A stretch of DNA of 64,000 nt from Candidatus Omnitrophota bacterium (lineage in GTDB: Bacteria > Omnitrophota > Gorgyraeia > Gorgyraeales > Gorgyraeaceae), in contig JAPLMD010000069.1 in NCBI GenBank assembly GCA_026387235.1, positions 26,920 through 90,919 of the forward strand, written 5' to 3'. A program made the translations under genes and the position numbers. This document shows, piece after piece, positions 33,201 through 41,200 of this stretch. The first letter of the stretch is position 1. Each line of letters starts with the position of its first letter. The notes beneath the pieces are model-generated. The model did not search any database, had not been told where the DNA came from, and was given only the letters and a program-made list of their open reading frames with translations.

Positions 33201-36166
33201 CAGAGCAGCAGGTGACTGATTTTATAAGTCAGGCTAGCTCCTTAAAAGAAGCCTATTGTCAAAAATTTAGTATAGCTTCCGAAGCTTATGAAGGCCAAGT
33301 AAATGCTTATCAAGAAAAGGCTGCTAAGGAAGGCATAGTTGAGACAGCTTTTCCTGTTCAGGATACTTATCAGAAAACTTTGAAAGCCTTTTTAGAGAAG
33401 GCACTTAAAAAAGATTTAATCAATGCTTTTGCCGCAGATATTAGATCAGCAATGATACAGGATAGTACTGTGCGAGCCAATGTTCTGGAAAGCGCTGAGA
33501 AAGTCACAACATATACTCACTATGACTGGAATAGAATCTGGGAAATGGCTCTGGACATTGACCTGGCAGCCGGCGGTTTAACATGTGTTAACTTTGGCCC
33601 GATCTGGTCTGATGTTGGTACAATTAAAGAAGCCAAGAGGCTGGCAGATTACGAGGTTTCAAAGGATAATCTTTTAGAGAGGGCTTTATATAGAGGTCTG
33701 TTTGAGCTGCCTATTACCCATGATAAAATATACAATGTTGATTCTAATAAGGGTAAGATTGTATATTCTAGCCCAAACGAATTCTTGCGTTATCGCAGTG
33801 TTATTGATGTTCCAGAAGGCGTAACTTTAATAATAGGAAATAGAGTAAGGATTGCTAATAGTTTTATTCAAATAATAGCCAAAAAAGGGGAAACAGTAAT
33901 AATACCTGATGATACTGCAATAGTAGCTAGTTATTTGCGCTGTTCAATAGGAAAGGAAGGCAAGCCAGGGTCATTTGTGTATAGACACGAGCAGAGAAGA
34001 GGTACTTTAGAATTTTCAGGAGATTTCATTACAACGATCCGGACCATTGAAGGGCCAGTGAGAGGAACCCATCCCATAGATGCAACTACTATTGCATGGA
34101 ACGACGTTCCAGTGGCAGGAACTTATACTCCCAGGATGTTGACTAGGCCATTTCCGGGTATGCCTGGACCCTTGCGAGACAAGCCTAAAGTTACTTCTGT
34201 TGTTGTTAGGGAAAAAACATATAGTTTTTATAGAAGTCGTCTCGATCGCATTATAACTACGATTTGGGAGAGAGCACAGTCACAAGAGGTCAGATTTATC
34301 CCTGAAAAGGCCATTGGAAAAATTATAGACATGGTTCAGAATGATAGAGCAAAAAGTGAAGGCAGAGGCTATATTTCAAGTTTCCTTTTTATAGGAGGCA
34401 ATGTCGGAGGTTTAGAGCCTCAAGTTTATACTCAGACATTAGAGAGATTAAGTAAGCATTATTTATATTATACTACTCCAGAAAGAAGGATTGGAGAAGA
34501 AGGGGTTTTCGGAAGGCGAGGCATGTCAGGTTTACAACATTCGTTAAGATCAATGCAACTGAATGATAAATATACTACTGAATTTCTGAATAGAGCCAAA
34601 GACCTGATTAAAGAAAGAAACATGAGAGGGCTTAAAGCATGGATAGAAGAAGCTAAACAGATAGATCCAGAAGAAGCAGGGATTAAGACTTTACGTTGTG
34701 CATTGGACTATTTAAGTAAAGAAGGGAGCCAGGTTGTACTTTACAGGATAGTTAGCAGGGCAGAAATAATAAAAGAGTATATTAGAGGCGAACATGGCGA
34801 AGAATTGGATATAGCTGACGCAGAACGAAAAGCCCGTGATTTATTAAGTGGGAAAGATCCTTATAAAGTTGATGAGCAGGATTTCTTAAGATTAATAGTA
34901 AGAGGGGAGACAGATCCAAATGACGCACATTCAGGCAGCCTGTCACATGACTTGCTTAGACACTATGAAGAAGGAGGTATTTTAAAAGGAGCTCTTGTAG
35001 AGAACGTTGCTAAATATAATATACCCAAAAAGGCCTTAATTAGTATTATGTGCGTCTTTCGCTGCCCTAGCAGGTCGGAGCTATTCTCTGATTTAGCTCA
35101 GCTGCCTCAAGAAGATATAGGCCTTTTAGAAAGTAAACTTGAGGATGCGATGTTTACGCATGACGAGATGTTATCAAGAAAGGTGAAAGAACTCCTTCAT
35201 AAGCATGGTAAGCCAATTACTGTAACCATAGATGGCTTAGCCATGACAGGCAAGAGCACGATGAGTAAAGATATAAGCAATGTCTTAGGATTTACACGTA
35301 TACCTGGAGGAGAGATAAGCAGGCTGATAACAGCTGGCCTGCTTGGAACAGGTATAAACCGTAATACTATAGAATCTACAGAGCCTGATACGATAGTTGC
35401 TGCAGTGCAGCAAACCTTGGAGGACGTGAAATATAAATTAATAGGCGGCGCTGTAACATTGTGCTATAAAGACACAGATTTGCTTAATAATCAAGATCTT
35501 TTAAGTCAACTCCGCAGCCAAGATATCAATGACAATATATCTTCACTTGTTATGAACAGTAACATTGTCAGAAATCTGCTTATAATGCATATCATGGAAT
35601 TGATAAAACAAGTCCATGATCTTGGTTTCAGCGTGGTGATAGATGGAAGATTAGCTGGAACTGAAATAGAACGGCAAGCAGATGTAAAGATTTGTTTGGA
35701 CACAAGCTATGAAGCCATGGCCAGAGCAGATGCCCGTAGAATTATTGACCAAAAAGGTAGTATGACTGCTTACATAGAGAGAACCGGCAATACTATGGCA
35801 GAGTATAGGCAAATTATAAGAAGTGGAGGGTTGCCAGGTGTGGAAAGAGCGATAATGCAGACTTATTATCAGCCAGCAGAAGAAAGAGATGCGAGTGATG
35901 TTTTAGATGTGGCTGAGTATCTATCCAGCAGAGAACAAGATGATGAGATTACTGTTATTTCATCAAGGGGCGTAGAAGATAGATTATCTATTAAGGATGT
36001 AAGAGAAACGATATTTGCAGAGATTATTAAAAAAATTAGCAATGCAGAAGATGCTGTAACTGTACTGAATTTAAGAGAGGGAACCCAGCCAGGAGTACCT
36101 TCAGATGCTGGTGTGTATCTCGAAACAGCTGTTCAAGGACTTAGAACCACAGGTCAAGGCCTATAA
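27296..36166 (+). CDS. Giant secreted multidomain protein (2956 aa): signal peptide, ChaN/EreA-like domain, HExxE region, SAM methyltransferase, sugar-1-P nucleotidyltransferase-like, degenerate NDK-like, cytidylate kinase-like
   Basis: HIQDLH/SEG/RDIAM/GGFH; FHEQFEE; LDLTCGTG..TPPF; GGAGAR..FEEKP..WSDVGT; GETDPNDAHSGSL; IDGLAMTGKST..IDGRLAGT..ADVKICL. Confidence 0.75.
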   Translation: MSVKPLSRAISITVLITFLFTNIPYASSAPNSLFKNKKIDYQKLSDQNQDIVQKKKDILSGEDSKQTQSQQKQAQKILSSHLSDISQIHIPSEIGRIVEVHQGTGAPEHQDKLIVHIQDLHTNPEAEYNLAKILEVLLNDYKMGLVCSEGADGVVDTSSVSTFPDSQVREKISKIFVNAGELTGEEYLSITKYPDLPIWGIESKDIYFRNIIDFNKIMKFNPGSQIFISQAKKALEELKARIYTKELIELDQKEADYKAQKIESPEYVKYLLDSAASQPRSKNILSNYKNIGLLTETIDAEKKIDQLKIMNESQKLLLNLQSSLNAKSLNSDMDSLMAKSSLFKDQKISPFSFYSYLKDLANKHLKDEFGAKYPNLNGFVDYLTKLNSLDSTKLFIELEDLNFEIKQALSRTDEQKTLIKALRNISFLEGFFNLKVSNEELDYYLNNKDFHKVAFFESFLKPAIKKYNISTFIDYNPDLIDSHLTELEDFYKVVKDRDIAMVNNSISEIEKRNSKVSALIAGGFHTKGITKLLKEKGYSYIVISPYSKTGINEENYHYLLSGQRKPLMELAEKLNAAALRVILGFVKDPTFETELKKTLAAAGIIDNQLYSGAKPRMLSLFALGAAKTLYLRDKANFDLSALPAYFTSSFYTELNKLGLDVEIRESKSGIHVKCGDNYFGINKEDGGIIKSNASIFTSVSDKNRVMLAKISEEETLKIPGPRISEGITQAVAEKWKARADMVPDSQIKVMRIKDLEIETVLITADSGDMPEGILAWRLRDSKNRLVIITEREVKLGDSFSEELLFHEQFEENLKQELNYITDRDPERLRHTRHAIASAVESILFSEGGTRLTPFHEYAIGHRMSLLHLKRLVDEYQELGFYYNMIADFFTRKGIEYQDKGITIEALQAYERKFIARIKEEIRHRTTESRARAGARRKGKAAEVPKMYLVGKVVVPQDDARTQQVIEQARGQERLVRIDVSKQERITPQGRFADILRDAISYYERRGASDEVADLQQTEFYLVRPQEDDPNRTLPGFIWYDSDGHYLIAKAMEPRQAYFGYEAIDILREKNPRIDFIANMLLQVARYAKDPYGKWDPSILNHILAESGNYLLEDARLIKEVRFIINRLFKEETSPEENDRLQGLLIDIKQRKPVLFYVGLANLGRTYLQGISPNRYPCVTAANLCLARNYAFMDQHLQKDAYVSEIDRTITVFRDVFNPTLTRAIPWMLQVLKEQQNPANPNLVKGEILIKKGDNFLDLTCGTGIFGLFAALNGAESVLSSDINPSAVACANFNAKKLGVAKKMQAIQSDLFNGIPKDRKFNIISFTPPFLDEPQSPGVWLEKAVYDPGFSLLTRFLNRVGNYLTDDGKILFIGTDKSQGPEGKNSTGLMLDLARRKGFISTIIRSQEFHGETYSVYELTRRSALVSDSEIDNLVATSLSSDKESANFAIRELIEQARSAFDSNPEFYQRLFLHLVQIYIEESYNGYVSERVIAKRNAGERPDFYEEQKAATYNASAARTINWFIKDYCRDVLKLDPEGQIVEDYFSCLHMLPIMNRDMKRRFSERDGIEIDSTMIVNGNPEEVQMTKDFYRARLGRIYDSLKVIGIRDDLWLGNIVGMMPLFEDYLAQPSRDQEAKGNKKVILHVLAVNGGAGARNILLTASSDGKGEIILDNGRTMMEQGIEQVKGMVQGLVERNIYGEFFIVIPCDNMILPAMYTADAYRSDRGFYLYARKTEVLRASLNELKHWGPPFGQMFAKRETGIVKGFEEKPNIWKLLNRVMINAIEESNEETCGKSISEFLYNLDTRRNRYLDDLKQKSGDYALYLIALPMIVQEEVWNYVYENGEVEPEIRKIIPTFDEWKRLYSEANKHKSRVEGLINKVLDEGGTVSFTNTFYFLLSRPVAEKIYTLFSQPTEREDSGSFWARKLPKGQTPKMVAALDWAGLILTPMTVTQETWMEDYEKRGAMYLAEQQVTDFISQASSLKEAYCQKFSIASEAYEGQVNAYQEKAAKEGIVETAFPVQDTYQKTLKAFLEKALKKDLINAFAADIRSAMIQDSTVRANVLESAEKVTTYTHYDWNRIWEMALDIDLAAGGLTCVNFGPIWSDVGTIKEAKRLADYEVSKDNLLERALYRGLFELPITHDKIYNVDSNKGKIVYSSPNEFLRYRSVIDVPEGVTLIIGNRVRIANSFIQIIAKKGETVIIPDDTAIVASYLRCSIGKEGKPGSFVYRHEQRRGTLEFSGDFITTIRTIEGPVRGTHPIDATTIAWNDVPVAGTYTPRMLTRPFPGMPGPLRDKPKVTSVVVREKTYSFYRSRLDRIITTIWERAQSQEVRFIPEKAIGKIIDMVQNDRAKSEGRGYISSFLFIGGNVGGLEPQVYTQTLERLSKHYLYYTTPERRIGEEGVFGRRGMSGLQHSLRSMQLNDKYTTEFLNRAKDLIKERNMRGLKAWIEEAKQIDPEEAGIKTLRCALDYLSKEGSQVVLYRIVSRAEIIKEYIRGEHGEELDIADAERKARDLLSGKDPYKVDEQDFLRLIVRGETDPNDAHSGSLSHDLLRHYEEGGILKGALVENVAKYNIPKKALISIMCVFRCPSRSELFSDLAQLPQEDIGLLESKLEDAMFTHDEMLSRKVKELLHKHGKPITVTIDGLAMTGKSTMSKDISNVLGFTRIPGGEISRLITAGLLGTGINRNTIESTEPDTIVAAVQQTLEDVKYKLIGGAVTLCYKDTDLLNNQDLLSQLRSQDINDNISSLVMNSNIVRNLLIMHIMELIKQVHDLGFSVVIDGRLAGTEIERQADVKICLDTSYEAMARADARRIIDQKGSMTAYIERTGNTMAEYRQIIRSGGLPGVERAIMQTYYQPAEERDASDVLDVAEYLSSREQDDEITVISSRGVEDRLSIKDVRETIFAEIIKKISNAEDAVTVLNLREGTQPGVPSDAGVYLETAVQGLRTTGQGL
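28106..28145. repeat. REP-like element in frame in the giant gene
   Basis: cttctcgact-[cggctgcttcacagcc]-tcgctcgaagaata; outer 24 nt match the reverse complement of 552-575. Confidence 0.7.
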
Positions 36167-36342
36167 GGAATAATCTGGCCTCTGGTTATAGCGCTTTTTC
36201 AGGTTTTAATTATGCCTAAGTGATAGGGGATAAAGGCCTTAAAAGAGGCGTAGTCGAGATAAAGATAAGAGAAACCGGAGAAATCCTGGAATCCAAAAAA
36301 GAAGAAATAAAAGGCAAAATCCTATCATTATTAGCTACGTAG
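36167..36342 (+). pseudogene. proS: Decayed duplicate of the proS 3' end
   Basis: GIIWPLVIALFQVLIMP (36167-36217) and VIGDKGLKRGVVEIKIRETGEILESKKEEIKGKILSLLAT* (36220-36342) match ProS GIIWPLAIAPFQVIIIP and IIGEKSLKKGVFELKIREANKIIEIKKEEIKHKILSLIAL*. Confidence 0.9.
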
Positions 36343-36396
36343 TACACAATAAAAATATAGAATTTTTGTTTGACAGAAAAGCGGAAGAGGGGAGCC

Positions 36397-38130
36397 ATGT
36401 TTTTTAAATCATTTAAGAAAATCACTCCAATTATTGCCCTGGGCATATTTATAGCTGTTAATACTATACATGCGGCGTCTGATTCCAAATCCATATTCAA
36501 AAATAAAAAAATTGACTACCAAAAACTGAGCACTGAAGAAGAAGAAGCCCTTCGAAGAAAAAAAGCTATGCGCAGCGAAGAGGCTGTCAATAAACCTAAA
36601 GTCCAGAAAAAGGAAACCCAGAAGATAGTTTTTTCGCGTCTTTCTGATATATCGTTCATCCACATCCCCCAGGAAACAGGGAAAATAGCGGAAATATACC
36701 AGAGCCCTAACCAGGATAATTCCAGGCTCGTAGTGCATATTCAGGACTTACATACTAATCCGGAAGCAACGCTTAACCTGGCCAGGATACTGGAAATATT
36801 GTTTAAAGACTATAATCTGGGGTTAGTGTGTTCAGAAGGGGCAGAGGGCCCGGTTGATACTTCCAGCGTTGCCAGTTTTCCTGACCCAGAAGTCAGGGAA
36901 AAAGTAGCCAAGCTTTTTGTTGATTCAGGAGAGCTCACAGGAGAGGAGTATTTATCCATAACAAAATATCCGGATCTACCCATATGGGGCATTGAAAATA
37001 AAGATATCTATTTTAAAAATATCGAGGAATTTAACAGCATAATGAAGTTTAATCATGATTCCCAGGCTTTTATCTCCCAGACTAAAAAGGCGTTAGAAGA
37101 ATTAAAACCAAAAATTTATTCGAAAGAGATGCTGGAGATAGACCAGAAAGAAGACGATTACGAACAGCAGACAATAGAAACAACCGATTACTTAAAGTAC
37201 CTGTCTTTATATCTTCGGAAACTGAACATCCCGGCAGACAGCTATAAAAATATAACGCTATTAAATGAGACTATAATACAGGAATCCAGGATTGACCAGC
37301 AAAAGGTCAAGCAGGAATCCCAGGACATGCTTTTGAATTTACAGTCAGCTATTGCCAAGAAGCCCAATAGCACGGATATGGATAGTTTAATGGCTAAGGC
37401 CACCCTGTTTAAGGACCAGAAAATATCGCCTTTTTCATTCTATAATTATCTAAAAGAGCTGGCAGGTAAAGAGTTAGGGGGCCAGTTGTCAAAATATCCA
37501 AATGTAATGGGCTTTGTGGATTATCTTGCAAAAGTCAATTCGCTTGATTCCGCAAAACTTTTTACGGAGATAGAGAATCTGACCTACGAAATAAAACAAA
37601 AGCTCGCTGTAAATAATGAACAGAAAGAGCTTGTCCTTGCCCTGCGCAATATAAAATTTCTTGAGACCTTTTTTAATCTTGAAATTTCCAACGAGGACCT
37701 GGAGTATTATTTAAATAACAGGGATTTTCACAAAGTAGCGTTCTTTAAGGATGTTTTAGCGGGTTTGAGGGCCAAGGCAGGGCTTTCGACCCAGGCAGAT
37801 TATATAGATTTTAATCCTGATTTAATAGATTCTCACCTAGGGGAGATAGAAGATTTCTATGAAACCGCAAAATCCAGGGATCTGGCTATGTTTAATAACG
37901 CTGTCTCAGAAATAGAAAAGCGCAACGTAAGAGTGGCTGCTCTGGTAACAGGCGGATTTCATACAAAAGGCCTGACCAGGCTTTTAAAGGATAAAGGCTA
38001 TTCCTATATAGTTATATCTCCGTATGCAAAAACCGGCATAGACGAAGAGAATTATCGTTTTCTGTTATCAGGTAAGCGCAAGCCAATAGAAGAAATAATA
38101 AAACAATTTGAGGAAACTAAGCAAAAATAA
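36397..38130 (+). CDS. Stand-alone secreted ChaN/EreA-like domain protein (no cargo)
   Basis: Paralog of the N-terminal ~570 aa of the 27296 and 38241 ORFs; SD before ATG 36397. Confidence 0.8.
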   Translation: MFFKSFKKITPIIALGIFIAVNTIHAASDSKSIFKNKKIDYQKLSTEEEEALRRKKAMRSEEAVNKPKVQKKETQKIVFSRLSDISFIHIPQETGKIAEIYQSPNQDNSRLVVHIQDLHTNPEATLNLARILEILFKDYNLGLVCSEGAEGPVDTSSVASFPDPEVREKVAKLFVDSGELTGEEYLSITKYPDLPIWGIENKDIYFKNIEEFNSIMKFNHDSQAFISQTKKALEELKPKIYSKEMLEIDQKEDDYEQQTIETTDYLKYLSLYLRKLNIPADSYKNITLLNETIIQESRIDQQKVKQESQDMLLNLQSAIAKKPNSTDMDSLMAKATLFKDQKISPFSFYNYLKELAGKELGGQLSKYPNVMGFVDYLAKVNSLDSAKLFTEIENLTYEIKQKLAVNNEQKELVLALRNIKFLETFFNLEISNEDLEYYLNNRDFHKVAFFKDVLAGLRAKAGLSTQADYIDFNPDLIDSHLGEIEDFYETAKSRDLAMFNNAVSEIEKRNVRVAALVTGGFHTKGLTRLLKDKGYSYIVISPYAKTGIDEENYRFLLSGKRKPIEEIIKQFEETKQK

Positions 38131-38166
38131 AGGATAGGGGATGAAGGAAAACGCCCAATTTTTTAT

Positions 38167-38195
38167 TTGACAAGAAAACGGTTACATGGTATACT
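38167..38195 (+). promoter_or_regulatory. sigma70 promoter, paralog of 27198-27226
   Basis: TTGACA-N17-TATACT; flanks align with 27191-27252. Confidence 0.8.
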
Positions 38196-38240
38196 TTTAT
38201 ATAGATTTTAAAAGTATTTATATAAAAAGGAGAATAAGAT

Positions 38241-41200
38241 ATGACTTTTAATACTATGAAGAAGGTTGCTTCTATAGTTACATTTATTAGTTTTATAGCC
38301 ACTAATAGCATATATGCCGCGCCTGAGTCAAAGTCTGTATTCAAGAACAAGAAGGTGGACTATCAGAAGATTAATGACCAGAATAATGGCGTTATTCAGA
38401 GGAAAAAGGCCATTCTTAACGGAGAAGACGCAAACCAGGTTGAGTCCCAGCAAAAAGAGGCTCAGAAGATACTCTCATCCCATCTTTCTGATATATCACT
38501 TATCCATATTCCTGCAGAGTTGGGAAGAATTACCGAAGTCTACCAGAACCCAGATGCTGAAAACTCCAGGCTAATTGTCCATATCCAGGATCTTCATACG
38601 AACCCTGAGGCAGAGTATAACCTTGCCAAGATACTTGAGCTTTTATTGAATGATTATAAAATGGGCCTGGTGTGCTCAGAAGGTGCTGATGGCGCAGTGG
38701 ATACTTCAAGTATTTCAAGTTTCCCGGATTATGCAACAAGGGAAAAGGTCTCAAAGATATTTGTCAATGCAGGCGAGCTTACAGGAGAGGAATACCTCTC
38801 AATAACAAAATACCCTGCTCTACCTATCTGGGGAATTGAAAATAAGGAAATATATTTCAAAAATATAATTGATTTTAATAAGATAATGAAATTTAATCCC
38901 CAGTCACAGGTTTTTATATCACAGGCAAAAAAGGCGCTTGAAGAACTTAAAAACAAGCTTTATACAAAAGAGCTTTTGGAATTAGACCAGAAGGGATTAG
39001 ATTATAAGGCGCAGAAACTTGAGTCAGCAGATTATATAACATACCTTACAGGATATGTCCAAAAACTTAATATCCCAACGCTCAAATATGAGAATGTTTC
39101 GCTATTGAATGAAACTATTGATATGGAGAAAAGAATAGGCCAGCTGAAGATAATGAACGAATTGCAGAATCTATTACTGAATCTGCAGGCGGCGTTTTTA
39201 TCCAAATCCATGAAAGGAGAATCTGATTCTTTAAACGCCAACGCCCAGCTTTTCAAAGACCAGAAGATATCGCCGTTTTCATTTTATAGTTACCTGAAAG
39301 ACCTTGCGAATAAGCACCTTAAAGACGAATTTTCTGCAAAATATACAGCTATAAATAGCTTTGTAACCTACCTCACAAAAGTAAATTCATTAGATTCCAC
39401 AAAGCTATTCATAGAATTGGAAGACCTTAATTTTGAAATAAAAGAAGCGCTCTGTAGAACAGAGGAACAAAAAACGCTTGTGAAGGCGCTCCGCAATATA
39501 GATTTCCTTGAAGGGTTTTTTAATCTGAAGGTCTCAAATGAAGAATTAGATTATTATCTTGAAAATAAAGAATCCCATAAGGTGGCGTGGTTCAAATCTG
39601 CAATAACGGGCATAACAGGCAAAATAGGCCTAACGGGCCAAACGAACTACATAGATTATAATTCGGCTTTAATAGACCCGCATCTAACTGAACTTGAAGA
39701 ATTTTACAAGGTTGTAAAAGAGCGCGATGTGGCAATGGTGGATAATTCATTGTTTGAGATTGAGAAACGCAGATCAAAGGTAAGTGCATTAATAGCAGGC
39801 GGATTCCATACAAAAGGCATAACAAGGCTTTTAAAGGATAAGGGGTATTCTTATATAGTAGTATCTCCGTATTCAAAGACAGATATGGATGAGCAAAATT
39901 ACCATTTCTTATTGTCAGGAAAAAGAAAACCCCTTGTAGAATTATTGAAACAATTAGATTTAGGTGGAATTGTAAAAAGATACATCACTTCTACCGGCCT
40001 TCGAGTAAATATGGGTTGTGATACAGATATGGATGCGGCTTTTGGACGTCAAGTAATTCCTGAACTTGCAAAAATATGGGATTTTGAACCAGAGGATTTG
40101 CATCGATGGAATTTACCTCCAAGAGTGGTAGCTTGTTTAGTATTTCAAAGCGCAGCAGCAGGAAGAACTGACTTTAAAGGATGGCCGTCAATAGTTGGGT
40201 TAGAGCTAAATGATATAGGTGTGTTAAAGCTTACTTCTCGTGAAGGGTATATTTACTATGTTGAAGTTACCGCTGATAATAAAGTAAAAGAAGCAAAGCC
40301 AGATGCTTTTAATAATGGCACAGTAGTTGTAAATATACCATCAGCAGGCACAGGGCAAATAATCGCAAAGGAGCTACAAAAGGTAGATTTAAGTGCTGTA
40401 GAACCGGAAGCAGCCGTAGGTTCTCTTTTTAACCTTTTGGATTTACTTATACGCTTACGTGATGGTCAGGGAATCACAGAAATTTCAACTGGGAAATTAA
40501 AAACGGAGCGCACTGCAGTTGGTGTCAGAATGGTTGACAGAGAAATAAACGCAGGCCGTTTGCTCGGCATATTAGAGGACAAAGAAACATCAAGGGGAGT
40601 TGTTAAATTCACAGAGCCATTTAAAGATATTACCCGTGCAGAATTAGTAGAAATAAATACAGAAATAGCAAAAATCCTGCCTAAAGGTTTAGGCAGAGGG
40701 ACATTAGATCAGTTAGATCAAGTTAAACTAGAGCAAGTAAGAAAGATAGTAGAAACTTTTAAAAAAGTGGACGGATTACGAACACAACAGGGTAGAGAAG
40801 CGGAGTTTTTGGTTCAAAATGTGCAGAAGTTGTCAAGAGTTGATGGAGGTATAGTTGCAGGTATTGGATTACAGGATATTCATGGCCGGGTGTTTAAGCT
40901 AAATGGCCAGTTTTTTAACGATGATGGTAGCTATACCGAGGAGTTGCAGAAGTTTATGGATACTCTCTCTGATAATTCGGTCCAAGAGATGATACATGCA
41001 GGGATTATGTATTATGATATTCGCTCTAAATACTGGAAAGATAACCCTGCATTTACAGTGGCATTTGCATTTGCCTTTGCAAAGAAGTTGCAGGAAATAG
41101 AGGGCAGGCAAGATGGTATAGTGCTTCATATAGGCGTCGATGCATATCATAAGCATTTTGAAACAGCTCAGGTTTTTGCTGATGCAATATTGAGGACAGG

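Noticed and set aside
36216-36500. 94-aa minus-strand ORF
   Set aside because: Antisense to the proS relic and to the start of the 36397 gene.
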